Origin: Prochlorococcus sp. AG-363-P06
GTDB taxonomy: Bacteria > Cyanobacteriota > Cyanobacteriia > PCC-6307 > Cyanobiaceae
Assembly: GCA_003280025.1 (NCBI GenBank)
Contig: QCGD01000002.1
Span: forward strand, 104,835-168,834
Length of the DNA stretch: 64,000 nucleotides
Direction: 5' to 3'
Position 1 is the stretch's first letter, and each line of letters opens with the position of its first letter. Both the position numbers and the translations under genes were made by a program. Below are positions 1-10,745 of the stretch, one piece after another. The notes below the pieces were generated by a model, which saw only the letters and a list, made by a program, of their open reading frames with translations, did not search any database and had not been told where the DNA came from.

Positions 1-34
1 CTGCTCTTCCTAAATTACGATCCAAAAAAAAACA

Positions 35-562
35 ATGGGCCGAACACTAGAGAATAAGCAACAAATCGTTTCTGAGATTAAATCTCTTTTAAACGAGACG
101 GAAATGGCTGTAGTTCTTGACTATAAAGGTTTAACTATCAAAGAAATGTCAGATTTGCGATCAAGGTTGCAAACAAATAATGGCATTTGCAAAGTTACTA
201 AAAATTCATTAATGCGAAAAGCTATTGATGGTGATAGTAATTGGAATGATCTTGAATCTTTACTGACCGGAACTAATGCTTTTGTCTTAATCAAAGAAGA
301 TGTTGGAGGTGCAGTAAAAGCAATCCAATCTTTTCAAAAAGACACTAAAAAATCCGAAACCAAAGGAGCTTTATTTGAAGGTAGACTTCTAAACGATTCT
401 GAAATCAAAGAAATTGCAAGTCTTCCATCCAAAGAGGTATTGATGGCAAAAATTGCGGGTGCACTAAATGGTGTTGCTACAAAAATTGCAATCTCTATCA
501 ATGAAGTACCTTCTGGACTTGCTAGATCACTCAAACAACATTCTGAAAAATCAGAATCTTAA
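35..562 (+). CDS. rplJ: 50S ribosomal protein L10
   Basis: 175-aa ORF with an L10-like sequence, directly upstream of the L7/L12 gene in the canonical rplJ-rplL order. Confidence 0.95.
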   Translation: MGRTLENKQQIVSEIKSLLNETEMAVVLDYKGLTIKEMSDLRSRLQTNNGICKVTKNSLMRKAIDGDSNWNDLESLLTGTNAFVLIKEDVGGAVKAIQSFQKDTKKSETKGALFEGRLLNDSEIKEIASLPSKEVLMAKIAGALNGVATKIAISINEVPSGLARSLKQHSEKSES

Positions 563-591
563 ATTCCAAAACTAATTAATCTATTAAGAAA

Positions 592-987
592 ATGTCTGCA
601 AAAACTGAAGAAATTCTTGAATCATTAAAATCACTCTCACTTTTAGAAGCCTCTGAGCTTGTCAAGCAAATTGAAGAGGCTTTTGGTGTGTCCGCTGCAG
701 CCTCTGCAGGTGTAGTAATGGCCGCTCCAGGAGCAGCTGGTGGAGATGGAGATGGAGGCGCTGCTGAAGAAAAAACTGAATTTGATGTAATTCTAGAAAG
801 CTTTGATGCAGCTGCAAAAATCAAAGTCCTCAAAGTTGTAAGGAATGCAACAGGTCTTGGTCTTGGCGATGCAAAAGCACTTGTTGAATCTGCACCAAAG
901 ACAGTAAAAGAAGGAATAGCGAAAGCAGATGCTGAATCTTTAAAGAAAGAGATTGAAGAAGCTGGCGGTAAAGTTACACTTAAGTAA
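592..987 (+). CDS. rplL: 50S ribosomal protein L7/L12
   Basis: 131 aa with an Ala/Gly-rich hinge ([18 protein letters not shown]) and the conserved C-terminal domain [38 protein letters not shown]. Confidence 0.97.
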   Translation: MSAKTEEILESLKSLSLLEASELVKQIEEAFGVSAAASAGVVMAAPGAAGGDGDGGAAEEKTEFDVILESFDAAAKIKVLKVVRNATGLGLGDAKALVESAPKTVKEGIAKADAESLKKEIEEAGGKVTLK

Positions 988-1003
988 AAGTAAATCTTTT
1001 TCG

Positions 1004-1030
1004 AGCCGATATACCTAAATATCGGCTTTT
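1004..1030 (+). terminator. Rho-independent terminator after rplL
   Basis: Perfect 9-bp stem AGCCGATAT (1004-1012) / ATATCGGCT (1019-1027) with loop ACCTAA, followed by TTT. It lies 17 nt after the rplL stop. Confidence 0.65.
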
Positions 1031-1034
1031 ACTC

Positions 1035-1754
1035 ATGAATAGTGAAAGTATTGCAATTGAAGCTGCAACTGATGGTGCTTGCAGCGGTAATCCCGGGCCA
1101 GGAGGTTGGGGCGGTTTAATAATCTTTGAAGATAATAGTGAATTAGAAATAGGTGGTTCAGAACAAAATACAACTAACAATAGAATGGAACTCACGGCAG
1201 CGATAAAAACACTTGAAAAATTAAGAAGTTATCGATTAAAAGAAAACTTTAAATTAAGAACAGATAGTAAATATGTAATAGAGGGTTATACCAAATGGAT
1301 TATAAATTGGAAAAAGAATGGATGGAAAACAAGTACAGGAAAAGTAGTTCAAAATTTAGATTTATGGCAAAAAATAGATCAATTAAGAATTAATGGTTTA
1401 GAAATGGAATATGTCAAGGGTCATAGTGGAGATAAACAAAATGATCGAGTCGATTTAATTGCCACTAATTACAGTAAAGGTATCTCTATAGTAAGCAACT
1501 TTAAAGAATCAAAAAAATCAGAGGGCTTTTTTGAACAACCAGCACCAAAAACAATTCAAGAATTATTTACAAGAAATGAATTAATCCAAAAATTTGCAGA
1601 AAAAAAATATTTATTAAGCTCAGATGAACTTAATAAATTACTTGGCAAAGACAAAATTATGCAAATAAAAAAATATGCATTGTTTGAATTTCGTAATTGG
1701 AGATTAATTCCTAAAGACAAACAATATTGGATAATAGAAAATAAAGAATCTTAA
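1035..1754 (+). CDS. rnhA: Ribonuclease HI with a roughly 90-aa C-terminal extension
   Basis: The N-terminal 150 aa carry RNase H motifs ([37 protein letters not shown]). The remainder is an extra K-rich domain. Confidence 0.85.
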   Translation: MNSESIAIEAATDGACSGNPGPGGWGGLIIFEDNSELEIGGSEQNTTNNRMELTAAIKTLEKLRSYRLKENFKLRTDSKYVIEGYTKWIINWKKNGWKTSTGKVVQNLDLWQKIDQLRINGLEMEYVKGHSGDKQNDRVDLIATNYSKGISIVSNFKESKKSEGFFEQPAPKTIQELFTRNELIQKFAEKKYLLSSDELNKLLGKDKIMQIKKYALFEFRNWRLIPKDKQYWIIENKES

Positions 1755-1760
1755 TCTCTT

Positions 1761-2930
1761 ATGAAGGAACAGAAGGGAGTATTTAAAAATCTTTATAGAA
1801 ACTTGATTACTCCTATACTTCAAAAAGATACAGGAGTAGATGCAGAATATTTAACCAATTTCTCCCTAAGCCTTCTATCATTCAGTTCAAGAAAACAAAA
1901 TTGGCCTGTAATTTCATCAATTCTAAGTAACCTAAATAAGGAATTTTGTATTGTTGATAAAAGATTAAGTCAAAACATATGTGGAATAAATTTCTGCAAT
2001 CCAATTGGTTTGGCAGCAGGTTTCGACAAAAATGGTAATGCCGTAAATATTTGGAGGAAATTTGGTTTTGGATTTACTGAAATTGGCACAGTTACTAAAT
2101 TTGCACAAAATGGAAATCCAAAACCAAGATTATTTAGATTAGCAGAAGAAGAGGCAGCTTTAAATAGAATGGGCTTCAATAATAGAGGTGCTCAAAATCT
2201 AGTTAAAAATTTGCATGAACAAAGTATTCCTTTAAAACAGAATAGACAAAATATGTGTTTGGGAATCAATTTTGGTAAATCTAAAATTACTGGCTTATCT
2301 GAGGCTAAAGAAGATTATTTAACTTCTCTAAAATTGTTAATCCCGTTTTGTGATTATGCAGCAATAAACGTAAGTTCGCCTAATACTGAAGGACTAAGAA
2401 AATTACAAGATCCAGTTCGACTAAGAGAACTTCTTAGAGAAATTAAAACTTTACCTAATTGCCCTCCGCTATTTGTAAAGATTGCACCAGATTTAAGCTT
2501 TAAAGATATTGAGGATATTTGTAAATTAATAAATGAAGAAAAAATTGATGGAATAATTGCTACTAATACCAGTCTAGATAGATTAGGCCTTGAAAAAAGG
2601 AAAATCGAACAAACAGGATTATTACTTTCTGAAGAAAATGGGGGCTTAAGTGGAAGACCACTTCGAAAAAGAGCAAATAAAATAATCAAACATATACATA
2701 ATATTGATAGAAGAATTATTTTAATTGGTGTAGGTGGGATTGATAGTCCTGAGTCCGCATGGGAACGAATTTGCTCTGGAGCATCTTTAGTTCAACTTTA
2801 TACTGGATGGATATATAAGGGACCTCAATTAGTTCCAAATATTTTAAATGGAATTATTAAGCAACTCGATATCCATCAATTATCAAATATAAAAGAAGCT
2901 ATTGGATCAGATTTACAATGGGTCGATTAA
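1761..2930 (+). CDS. pyrD: Dihydroorotate dehydrogenase (quinone-type, class 2)
   Basis: 389 aa with motifs GLAAGFDKNG, GF.EIGTVT, PRLFRL, NRMGFNN, INVSSPNT.GLR, GGLSG.PL and GVGGI. Confidence 0.9.
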   Translation: MKEQKGVFKNLYRNLITPILQKDTGVDAEYLTNFSLSLLSFSSRKQNWPVISSILSNLNKEFCIVDKRLSQNICGINFCNPIGLAAGFDKNGNAVNIWRKFGFGFTEIGTVTKFAQNGNPKPRLFRLAEEEAALNRMGFNNRGAQNLVKNLHEQSIPLKQNRQNMCLGINFGKSKITGLSEAKEDYLTSLKLLIPFCDYAAINVSSPNTEGLRKLQDPVRLRELLREIKTLPNCPPLFVKIAPDLSFKDIEDICKLINEEKIDGIIATNTSLDRLGLEKRKIEQTGLLLSEENGGLSGRPLRKRANKIIKHIHNIDRRIILIGVGGIDSPESAWERICSGASLVQLYTGWIYKGPQLVPNILNGIIKQLDIHQLSNIKEAIGSDLQWVD

Positions 2931-2944
2931 AACAAAAATGATTA

Positions 2945-4069
2945 ATGAATAAATCAAAAGGATATTATTCCTCTAAAAAAAATAGGCAATCATTAAACTT
3001 CCATCATGGAGGGAATGTATTTTCTCAGGCAAAAAAATTAAATCTATCACCATCGGCAATTATTGATGCAAGTGCATCTTTGGTTCCCTTTAAAGCTCCG
3101 CAAATACTTTTAGACTCGCTAAATTCAGAAATTAAAAATCTTGGTTTTAGGTTTTATCCTGATAGAGATCTAAATAGTTTAAAAGAGACAATTGGTGAAT
3201 TTCATAAAATAAATCCAGAAAATATATTACCGGGGAATGGCGCCTCTGAGCTAATCACATGGGCAGGTTATGAAGCATCCAAGTTTGGAATTAGTTGTAT
3301 TCCCTCTCCAGGTTTTGTTGATTATGAAAGATCTTTAAATTGTTGGAATAGCAATTTCATTTATACAGAATTATCAACAGAATGGAGTAACATTTTCCCA
3401 CAACCTTTTCCACTTAATCCTATAGGTGATGTAATTTGGATAACCAACCCACATAACCCGACTGGCCAATTATGGGAAAAAGAATCTTTAGAATTGATCT
3501 TAGAAAAATATAAGTTAGTAATTTGTGATGAAGCCTTCTTATCAATAACCCCAAATGGCGAGTCTCAATCTTTAATACCATTAACAAAAAGATACGATAA
3601 TTTATTAGTTTTAAGAAGTTTGACCAAACTATTTAATATTCCAGGACTTAGATTAGGTTACGTTATTGGCTCTCCAAAAAAACTTAGACAATGGAATATC
3701 AATAGAGATCCATGGCCATTAAATTCCTTTGCAATTAAAGCTGGGATTGAGCTATTAAGCAATAAGACTTTTTATCAACAATGGACAAAGAAGATTCACC
3801 ATTGGATTAATACTGAAAGAAAATGGGTTTATAATGAATTATCAAAAATCGAAAATCTTAAAATACATAGCTCCTCAACTAACTTTTTTTTAATAGAAGG
3901 TAAATCCTCTTTATCGCCAAATATTGAATATTTAGAACATAAGGGTATATTAATTAGAGAATGCTCCTCATTCAGATTTCTTAATGAAAAATGGGCACGA
4001 ATAAGTCTTCAGAGTAGCAAAAATAATAAAATCTTATGCAAAGAAATTCAAAATTCTTTTAAAAAATAA
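2945..4069 (+). CDS. Class I/II PLP aminotransferase, CobD (L-threonine-O-3-phosphate decarboxylase)-like
   Basis: N-terminal HGGN motif, NPHNPTG, and a PLP-lysine context RSLTKLFNIPGLRLGY. The exact substrate cannot be determined from sequence alone. Confidence 0.6.
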   Translation: MNKSKGYYSSKKNRQSLNFHHGGNVFSQAKKLNLSPSAIIDASASLVPFKAPQILLDSLNSEIKNLGFRFYPDRDLNSLKETIGEFHKINPENILPGNGASELITWAGYEASKFGISCIPSPGFVDYERSLNCWNSNFIYTELSTEWSNIFPQPFPLNPIGDVIWITNPHNPTGQLWEKESLELILEKYKLVICDEAFLSITPNGESQSLIPLTKRYDNLLVLRSLTKLFNIPGLRLGYVIGSPKKLRQWNINRDPWPLNSFAIKAGIELLSNKTFYQQWTKKIHHWINTERKWVYNELSKIENLKIHSSSTNFFLIEGKSSLSPNIEYLEHKGILIRECSSFRFLNEKWARISLQSSKNNKILCKEIQNSFKK

Positions 4070-5139
4070 TTAAGTATTTTTTTAATCTCATTTTTGGATT
4101 TCAATCCATTATTGTTTTTCATATTTTTTTTCATTAGATCTAATATTTCATATATATATTCTCCATTTTTTATTTTTGATTTAAAAATTCTTTTCAAAGT
4201 TTCTTCAAAAAATTCTTTAGTAATTTTATTTTGATTGATTAATACTGAACCTCCAGTCTTAGCAAGAATCATGGCATTTTTCTCTTGATGATTATTTTTA
4301 GAATAGGGGTATGGAATTAAAATTGAAGGTTTTTCAGCTTGGATTAATTCATTTATTGTTCCTGATCCCGATCTTGATATGACAAGATCACAGTTCTGAA
4401 TCAAAGCAGCTATTTCATGAGTAAATTCCATTTGAACATAATTATTAGACTTTATAGGATGAAAAGATTGTTTATTATTTTCTCCAATAATATGCACTAT
4501 TCGGAAATTTTCTTTAACCAAGAATTCTAAAGATTCATAAAGAATTTCATTTATAGCTTTTGCACCTTGACTTCCTCCCATAACAACTAAAAGAGGTCCT
4601 TCTCCTTCTGGAACCCATTCTGGTAAAAGATTATTTTTGTAGAATTGTTCCCTTAAAGGAGTACCAGTAAAAATAGTTTTGCAATGTTTTAAATACGAAT
4701 TTGTTTCTTTGAATCCAGTAAAAACATAGTTACATAAAAATCCAAAATATTTAGTTACTATTCCTGGTATTAAATTTGATTCATGAATAATGACAGGTAT
4801 CCTTAGAATTTTTGCAGCAATAATTGTGGGAGCAGAAATATAACCTCCAGTAGTAAAAACTAGATTTATTTTTTTTGCTTTTAAAATACTGATTATATGA
4901 AAAGTTGACATTAAAATATCTAAATATTGAAAAACTATAAAAATATTTTTTTTTGGTGTATGAATATTTAAAGTCGAAAGATGATATTTATGGGGAACAA
5001 AATTTGCATCAAACCTTCTTCTAACCCCTAACCAATGTATATTCCAATATTCTTCAAGATTTTTGCAAACAGCTAGAGCAGGAAAAATATGTCCACCAGT
5101 TCCGCTTGCTGCAACTAATAAATTATTTTCTTGAGACAT
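4048..5139 (-). CDS. murG: UDP-N-acetylglucosamine--N-acetylmuramyl-pentapeptide-undecaprenol GlcNAc transferase
   Basis: 363 aa with an N-terminal GGTGGHIFPALAV motif and a C-terminal GGSQGA..IN / SRSGSGTI.EL motif. Confidence 0.9.
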   Translation of the reverse strand: MSQENNLLVAASGTGGHIFPALAVCKNLEEYWNIHWLGVRRRFDANFVPHKYHLSTLNIHTPKKNIFIVFQYLDILMSTFHIISILKAKKINLVFTTGGYISAPTIIAAKILRIPVIIHESNLIPGIVTKYFGFLCNYVFTGFKETNSYLKHCKTIFTGTPLREQFYKNNLLPEWVPEGEGPLLVVMGGSQGAKAINEILYESLEFLVKENFRIVHIIGENNKQSFHPIKSNNYVQMEFTHEIAALIQNCDLVISRSGSGTINELIQAEKPSILIPYPYSKNNHQEKNAMILAKTGGSVLINQNKITKEFFEETLKRIFKSKIKNGEYIYEILDLMKKNMKNNNGLKSKNEIKKILNYFLKEF

Positions 5140-5180
5140 AAAAAAATAAATAAGTAGAATAAAAATATAAAATAGAGAAT

Positions 5181-5906
5181 ATGTTTAATTTAAACTCATT
5201 GAGCAATATAGGAATTCCTATCTATTTATTTATTTATCTCATATTTCCTCATTCAGCAATAACCCAAACTACAAAAGTTGATTTAAGAAGAAATATAGAA
5301 AACGCATTAAATTCAAGAAATTTGAAATTTATCAACCAAAGTTTTACAAATGAAGAGAACCTAAAAATTACTAAAAAATTTTCAAAAATTCTTAAGGAAT
5401 TTCCTGATAGCAAATGGAAAATTAAAAAATTAAAAACTAATAATCCAAGTGAAGAAATTTATCAAATAAAAGTTATTGGGAAAAAACTAGTTCAAGGAGA
5501 AATATATTTGCTTGAATCAAATTTTGATTACTTATTTTCAGCAGTAAATGGAAAAATAAACAAAGGTACTATAAGAAAATTATTTACTATAATCAGGTCT
5601 GATGATAAAAAGATTGATATTAGTTTTAGCATTCCTGATAAAGTTCTGACAGGTACAAAATATGATATAGATATAATAATAAACGAACCTCTTGAGGAAG
5701 TTATAATTGCAGGGGGTATAAAAGCTCATCAAGTTGAATCATTTTTAGAGCCAGAGATAGATCTCGAGCCATTAGTATCTGGGGGTATTTATAAAATGAC
5801 CAGAGCTCCTTCAAAAGCAGGAATACAAATTTGGTCAGGAATAATAGCTCATCCCAAAGGGATAATAACTTTCACAAAAAGTATTGATATTGTTGAAAAG
5901 ATATAA
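5181..5906 (+). CDS. Hypothetical protein with a hydrophobic N-terminal (signal-like) segment
   Basis: 241-aa ORF that fills the gap between murG and pgk. I recognise no motif. Confidence 0.5.
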   Translation: MFNLNSLSNIGIPIYLFIYLIFPHSAITQTTKVDLRRNIENALNSRNLKFINQSFTNEENLKITKKFSKILKEFPDSKWKIKKLKTNNPSEEIYQIKVIGKKLVQGEIYLLESNFDYLFSAVNGKINKGTIRKLFTIIRSDDKKIDISFSIPDKVLTGTKYDIDIIINEPLEEVIIAGGIKAHQVESFLEPEIDLEPLVSGGIYKMTRAPSKAGIQIWSGIIAHPKGIITFTKSIDIVEKI

Positions 5907-5907
5907 C

Positions 5908-7116
5908 CTATGAATCTTTTAAAGCAGCTACTCCAGGCAAGCTTTTTCCTTCTAGAAGTTCTAAACTAGCTCCACCTCCAGTGGATATATGAGACATTTT
6001 TTCCGCCAACCCCGCTTTCTCTACGGCTGCTACTGAATCTCCACCACCAATAATTGTACAAACTTCAGAAAAAGCACTTAAATCTGCAAGGGTTGTGGCT
6101 ATGGCATTTGTACCTTCAGCAAATTTATCAAATTCAAACACTCCCATCGGACCATTCCAAATTATTGTCTTGCATTCTGCTAGAGCATTCTGAAAAACCT
6201 TAATTGACTCAGGTCCAATATCAAGTCCCATCCAATCACCAGTGATTGAATCTATTTGAGAAACTTTACTATCAGCGTCAGGAGAAAACTCATTTGCTAG
6301 TACTACATCAGTAGGTAATAATAATTCAACCCCCTTTGCTTTTGCTTTTGCCTCTAAATTTTTTGCAAGCTCCAGTTTATCTTCCTCAACTAGACTCTTT
6401 CCTACATCTAGCCCTCTAGCTTTATAAAAAGTAAAGATCATACCACCACCAATTATAATTTTATCGCATTTATCTAATAAAGAATCTAGAACTCCAATTT
6501 TGCTGCTTACCTTTGATCCCCCAACGATTGCTGCTAATGGCCTTTTTGGAGCATCTATTGCCCCTTGTAAATATTTCAATTCTTTTTCCAAGAGAAATCC
6601 TGCAACTGATGGACTTAAAAAATTTGTAACTCCCTGTGTTGAAGCATGAGCCCTATGTGCAGCTCCAAAAGCGTCGTTTACATACATATCCGCATGCTCG
6701 GCTAACCTTTGCGCAAAATCTACGTTGTTTTTTTCTTCTTCTGCATAAAAGCGAACATTTTCAAGCAATAAAACATCTCCATTATTTAAGCTACTTGATT
6801 GTGAAATAGCTTCTTCACCTATACAACTCTTAGTAAGAGCAACATCTTTTCCTAACAATTCACTCAATCTAGCAGCTACTGGAGTTAATCTCATCTTTTC
6901 ATTAACCTGACCTTTGGGTCTACCAAAATGGGCAGCTAATATAATTTTTGCTGAATTATTTATAAGATATTCAATTGTAGGAATTGCTGCTCTAATACGA
7001 GTATCATCAGTTATCTTACCAGTTTCATTTAACGGAACGTTAAAATCAACCCTGACAAGAACTTTTTTACCTTCTAAATCTTTCTTATCAAGACTGGAAA
7101 GAGATAATTTCGACAT
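5908..7116 (-). CDS. pgk: Phosphoglycerate kinase
   Basis: 402 aa with motifs RVDFNVP, DD.RI.A..PTI, SHLGRPKG-like (AHFGRPKG), GGG and [16 protein letters not shown]. Confidence 0.97.
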   Translation of the reverse strand: MSKLSLSSLDKKDLEGKKVLVRVDFNVPLNETGKITDDTRIRAAIPTIEYLINNSAKIILAAHFGRPKGQVNEKMRLTPVAARLSELLGKDVALTKSCIGEEAISQSSSLNNGDVLLLENVRFYAEEEKNNVDFAQRLAEHADMYVNDAFGAAHRAHASTQGVTNFLSPSVAGFLLEKELKYLQGAIDAPKRPLAAIVGGSKVSSKIGVLDSLLDKCDKIIIGGGMIFTFYKARGLDVGKSLVEEDKLELAKNLEAKAKAKGVELLLPTDVVLANEFSPDADSKVSQIDSITGDWMGLDIGPESIKVFQNALAECKTIIWNGPMGVFEFDKFAEGTNAIATTLADLSAFSEVCTIIGGGDSVAAVEKAGLAEKMSHISTGGGASLELLEGKSLPGVAALKDS

Positions 7117-7331
7117 TTAATAATCCTATTTTTTTGATCTAAAGACCCTAACGTTTATTTCAGCTTATTGGGGTAAAAATGAGTAACTGTTAACTTGGAC
7201 TTAATAAATTTTAAGAATTTAAGAATATAAATTTTTTATAGACATTAATTTTTATACTAAAATTTAATGTAAGTACTTTTGAAATTGATAACAATTAAAA
7301 GGGATACTAAAAATTTATCTGATTTATTTAA

Positions 7332-8204
7332 GTGGACATACCCAAAATTCAATGGTATCCAGGCCATATTGCTAAAGCAGAAAAAAAATTATCCGAAGTA
7401 ATTAATAGAGTGGATTTAGTTATTGAAGTAAGAGATGCAAGAATTCCTTTATCAACAGGTCATCCACATCTAAATCAATGGATCAACAACAAAAAACATA
7501 TTCTTGTTATAAATAGATCAGATATGATCTCCCAAAATACCATAAATAGTTGGAATAAATGGTTTGAAAATAATGATGAATATCCTCATTGGTGTGATGC
7601 AAAAAGAGGTATTGGTATAAAAGCAATTTGCAAATCTACAAAGGAATCTAGATTATCAATTGATAATAGAAGGCTCTCTAGAGGCATGAAAATTAGACCA
7701 ATTAGGACTCTTACACTTGGTTTTCCTAATGTAGGGAAGTCAGCACTAATAAATAGAATTGCAAATAAAAGAGTTGTCGAAAGTGCAAGAAAGGCTGGAG
7801 TAACGAGGAATCTTAGATGGATAAGGCTAGATAGTGGTATAGACCTTCTAGATGCCCCAGGTGTTATACCACCTAATTTAGAGGATCAAAAGTCAGCACT
7901 AAATCTAGCACTATGTGATGATATTGGAGAAGCTGCTTATGAGATTGAAAGTGTTGCAATTGAATTTATCAAAATCATATCCAAATTAAACAAAGATAAA
8001 AATGCGAATATCTCATTAAAAAAAATATCTAATAGATACGGAGTTGATATAACAAAAGGCTTTGAAAATCCTTCTGCATGGATTGATTTAGCAGCTTCAA
8101 AACATACCTCAGGAGATAGAAGAAGAATGGCTTACAAATTATTAGAAGATTATAGAAATCAAATGCTTGGCAAAATTGCTTTGGAAGTACCAAAATGGAA
8201 TTAA
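7332..8204 (+). CDS. rbgA: Ribosome biogenesis GTPase A (YlqF/RbgA family)
   Basis: GTG start. Has IQWYPGHIAKA, a circularly permuted GTPase arrangement (NRSD ... GFPNVGKSALIN ... DAPG). Confidence 0.85.
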   Translation: MDIPKIQWYPGHIAKAEKKLSEVINRVDLVIEVRDARIPLSTGHPHLNQWINNKKHILVINRSDMISQNTINSWNKWFENNDEYPHWCDAKRGIGIKAICKSTKESRLSIDNRRLSRGMKIRPIRTLTLGFPNVGKSALINRIANKRVVESARKAGVTRNLRWIRLDSGIDLLDAPGVIPPNLEDQKSALNLALCDDIGEAAYEIESVAIEFIKIISKLNKDKNANISLKKISNRYGVDITKGFENPSAWIDLAASKHTSGDRRRMAYKLLEDYRNQMLGKIALEVPKWN

Positions 8205-9154
8205 ATAACTCAAATGCGTTTGGAATTGGAGAAGGAGAACTAATAGAGATTATTTATGAGCTATCGCTTCCTATGAGATTAGATAGATGGTTGGTAAGTA
8301 AAAGACCTGAACAAAGTAGAGCGAGAATACAACATTTTATTAATTCAGGATTAGTTCTTGTTAACTATAAAACTGCTAAAGCCAAAACCCCTTTAAAAAA
8401 TGGAGATAATGTACAAATTTGGATGCCGCCTCCAGAGCCTCTAATATACCTGAAACCTGAAAAAATGGATTTAGATATCCTTTTTGAAGATGAACATATC
8501 ATAGTAATCAATAAGCAATCAGGATTAATTGTTCATCCAGCACCTGGACACAAATCAGGCACTTTAGTAAATGGACTGCTTTTTCACTGTAAAGATCTTC
8601 CTGGAATAAATGGCAAACTAAGGCCTGGAATAGTCCATAGATTAGATAAAGACACCTCAGGGTGCATGGTTGTAGCTAAAAGCCAAGAGGCACTTGTTAA
8701 TCTCCAAATACAAATAAAAGAAAAAATCGCTTCCCGTAAATATATTGCTGTAATTCACGGTGTCCCTCATGCTTCAAAAGGAAAAATCGAAGGACATATT
8801 GGTAGAGATAAACTAAATAGATTGAAATATAAAGTTGTTGATCAGAAGTCAGGAAGGTATGCCTGTACTTATTGGAAATTAAAAGAAAGATTAGGCAATT
8901 ACTCATTAATGAGTTTCAAATTAGATACAGGGAGAACTCATCAAATAAGAGTACATTGTGCTCATATTAATCATCCTATACTAGGCGATCCATTATATGG
9001 AAGATGTAAAAAACTTCCATGCAAATTAACAGGTCAAGCTTTGCATGCTATTCAACTAGGACTAATACATCCTATAAATGGGAAAGAAATGATATTTGAA
9101 GCAGAATTACCAATGGAATTTCAAAAATTACTTAATGTTCTAAAAGTTAAGTAA
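8195..9154 (+). CDS. rluD: 23S rRNA pseudouridine synthase, RluD family
   Basis: S4-like N-terminus (RLDRWL) and catalytic motif HRLDKDTSG, plus GRTHQIRVH. Overlaps rbgA by 10 nt. Confidence 0.85.
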   Translation: MELNNSNAFGIGEGELIEIIYELSLPMRLDRWLVSKRPEQSRARIQHFINSGLVLVNYKTAKAKTPLKNGDNVQIWMPPPEPLIYLKPEKMDLDILFEDEHIIVINKQSGLIVHPAPGHKSGTLVNGLLFHCKDLPGINGKLRPGIVHRLDKDTSGCMVVAKSQEALVNLQIQIKEKIASRKYIAVIHGVPHASKGKIEGHIGRDKLNRLKYKVVDQKSGRYACTYWKLKERLGNYSLMSFKLDTGRTHQIRVHCAHINHPILGDPLYGRCKKLPCKLTGQALHAIQLGLIHPINGKEMIFEAELPMEFQKLLNVLKVK

Positions 9155-10745
9155 GATTCAATGAGGTATTTATAAGAGATTTTGTATATTTGCTTTTACT
9201 ATTAGAAAAAATATTGGAAGACATTCCTTCATCAACTATCTTGCCACTATTCATTACGAGTAATCTATCACAAAATTTTTTTGCTACCCCCAAATCATGA
9301 GTTATAAAAATAATCGTTAAACTCATTTTTTCTTGCACCACTCTAAGTAATTCAAGTATCTCAATTTTTACTGATGCATCTAACATATTTATGCTTTCAT
9401 CACAAATCAAAATTTTTGGCTTCAATAATAGCGCTCTTGCTAATGAAATTCTTTGCAATTGTCCACCAGATAATTGATTCGGATAAGAATTTAAAAAGTC
9501 ATTTTCAAAGGGGAGATTTAAATTTCTAAAAATTAATTTTATCTCCTTTTCAATTTGTTTTTTATCTGAAATTTTTTGTATAAAAAAAATATCCTTCAAA
9601 ACATTTTTAATTTTCATTTTAGGATTCAGACTTGAAAAAGGATCCTGAAAAATAATTTGAATACTTTTTTGTTTTTTATAAGATATATTGCCTTTTGATT
9701 CAAGATTTTTATCATATATTTTTATTTCTCCTCCTCTAACTTTTATAAGCCCAATTAAAGCCCTACATAATGTACTCTTTCCACTACCTGAAGAACCAAC
9801 TATTCCAAGAGTCTCATTTTTATATAATTTAAAACTTACTTCATTTAAAGCCTTATTCCATTTAGTACGAAATATTGAGGAATTCAATTTAAACCAATGT
9901 CTTAAATTATTAACTTCTAAAACAACCTCATTTCCTAGCTTATATTTAGTATTTGGTTGTAAAACTATTTTAGAACTATTAACTAATTTTTTAGCTATAT
10001 CTGACTTTGGTGAGTGGAAAATATCTACTATATTTCCTTGTTCAACAATAGAACCCTTATCAATTATTGCTACTTTTTTACACCACTTTGCTGCAAGATT
10101 AATATCGTGACTAATTAGAATCAAAGTAGTGTCATAGTTATTACACAAGTCTATTATTTCCTTCATAATTTCAAAACTTGTTTTAGTGTCAAGACTGGTT
10201 GTAGGTTCATCAGCTATTAATAACTTTGGTTTTAAAGCTAACGCCATTGCAATCGATACTCTCTGTCTCATTCCGCCACTAAATTGATGAGGGAAAGAAT
10301 CAAGTCTTTCATCATCTATTCCAACTTTTCGAAAAAGTTCTTTTACTAATTCTTTAATAAGCACTGATGATTTATTTTGATAATGGGTCTTAAATAATTC
10401 ATTTAAATGATCCCCAACCTTCATTAATGGATTAAGTTTTTTTATAGAATCTTGATATATAAATCCAAAATTTTTTCTTCTAAATAACTGCGATTCTTTC
10501 TTTCTTATTTTTCTAGGGTCTAATCGAGCTACTGAAATATAACCTTGAGTAATTGCCTTTTCAGGCAACATATTTACTATTGTTTTTGCAAACGTTGTTT
10601 TTCCGCACCCTGAGGGACCTATTATAGCTAAATGATCTCCTCTATTAATTTCAAGGTTAAAATTCTGAATAATGGGTTGCTGTTTTAAACCATATTTAAC
10701 AGTAAGATTTTTGACTTCAAGAATTTTTCCTTTTTTTATTTCCAT
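9147..10745 (-). CDS. ABC transporter ATP-binding protein with two fused ATPase domains (Dpp/Opp D-F-like)
   Basis: Two Walker A motifs (GPSGCGKTT, GSSGSGKST), two signatures (FSGGMRQR, LSGGQLQR) and two Walker B motifs (LLIADEPT, ILICDES). Start set at Met39 of the ORF (ATG at 10745) because the longer form would overlap spoT. Confidence 0.85.
   Translation of the reverse strand: MEIKKGKILEVKNLTVKYGLKQQPIIQNFNLEINRGDHLAIIGPSGCGKTTFAKTIVNMLPEKAITQGYISVARLDPRKIRKKESQLFRRKNFGFIYQDSIKKLNPLMKVGDHLNELFKTHYQNKSSVLIKELVKELFRKVGIDDERLDSFPHQFSGGMRQRVSIAMALALKPKLLIADEPTTSLDTKTSFEIMKEIIDLCNNYDTTLILISHDINLAAKWCKKVAIIDKGSIVEQGNIVDIFHSPKSDIAKKLVNSSKIVLQPNTKYKLGNEVVLEVNNLRHWFKLNSSIFRTKWNKALNEVSFKLYKNETLGIVGSSGSGKSTLCRALIGLIKVRGGEIKIYDKNLESKGNISYKKQKSIQIIFQDPFSSLNPKMKIKNVLKDIFFIQKISDKKQIEKEIKLIFRNLNLPFENDFLNSYPNQLSGGQLQRISLARALLLKPKILICDESINMLDASVKIEILELLRVVQEKMSLTIIFITHDLGVAKKFCDRLLVMNSGKIVDEGMSSNIFSNSKSKYTKSLINTSLNLT

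Noticed and set aside
576-833. 85-aa Ala/Pro-rich ORF antisense to rplL.
   Set aside because: It is a shadow of the GC-richer Ala/Gly hinge of L7/L12 on the opposite strand and has no independent coding evidence. The same reasoning applies to the other nested antisense or alternate-frame ORFs in the track, for example 334-534, 980-1195, 2354-2689, 9688-10110, 26575-26871, 30365-30676, 44540-44842 and 50077-50322.
7121-7331. Largest non-coding gap (211 nt, pgk/rbgA divergent region), considered as a possible sRNA or small-protein locus.
   Set aside because: I saw only trivial ORFs (ATG AGT AAC TGT TAA), no convincing hairpin plus U-tract, and no conserved motif I recognise. It is most simply two divergent AT-rich promoters.
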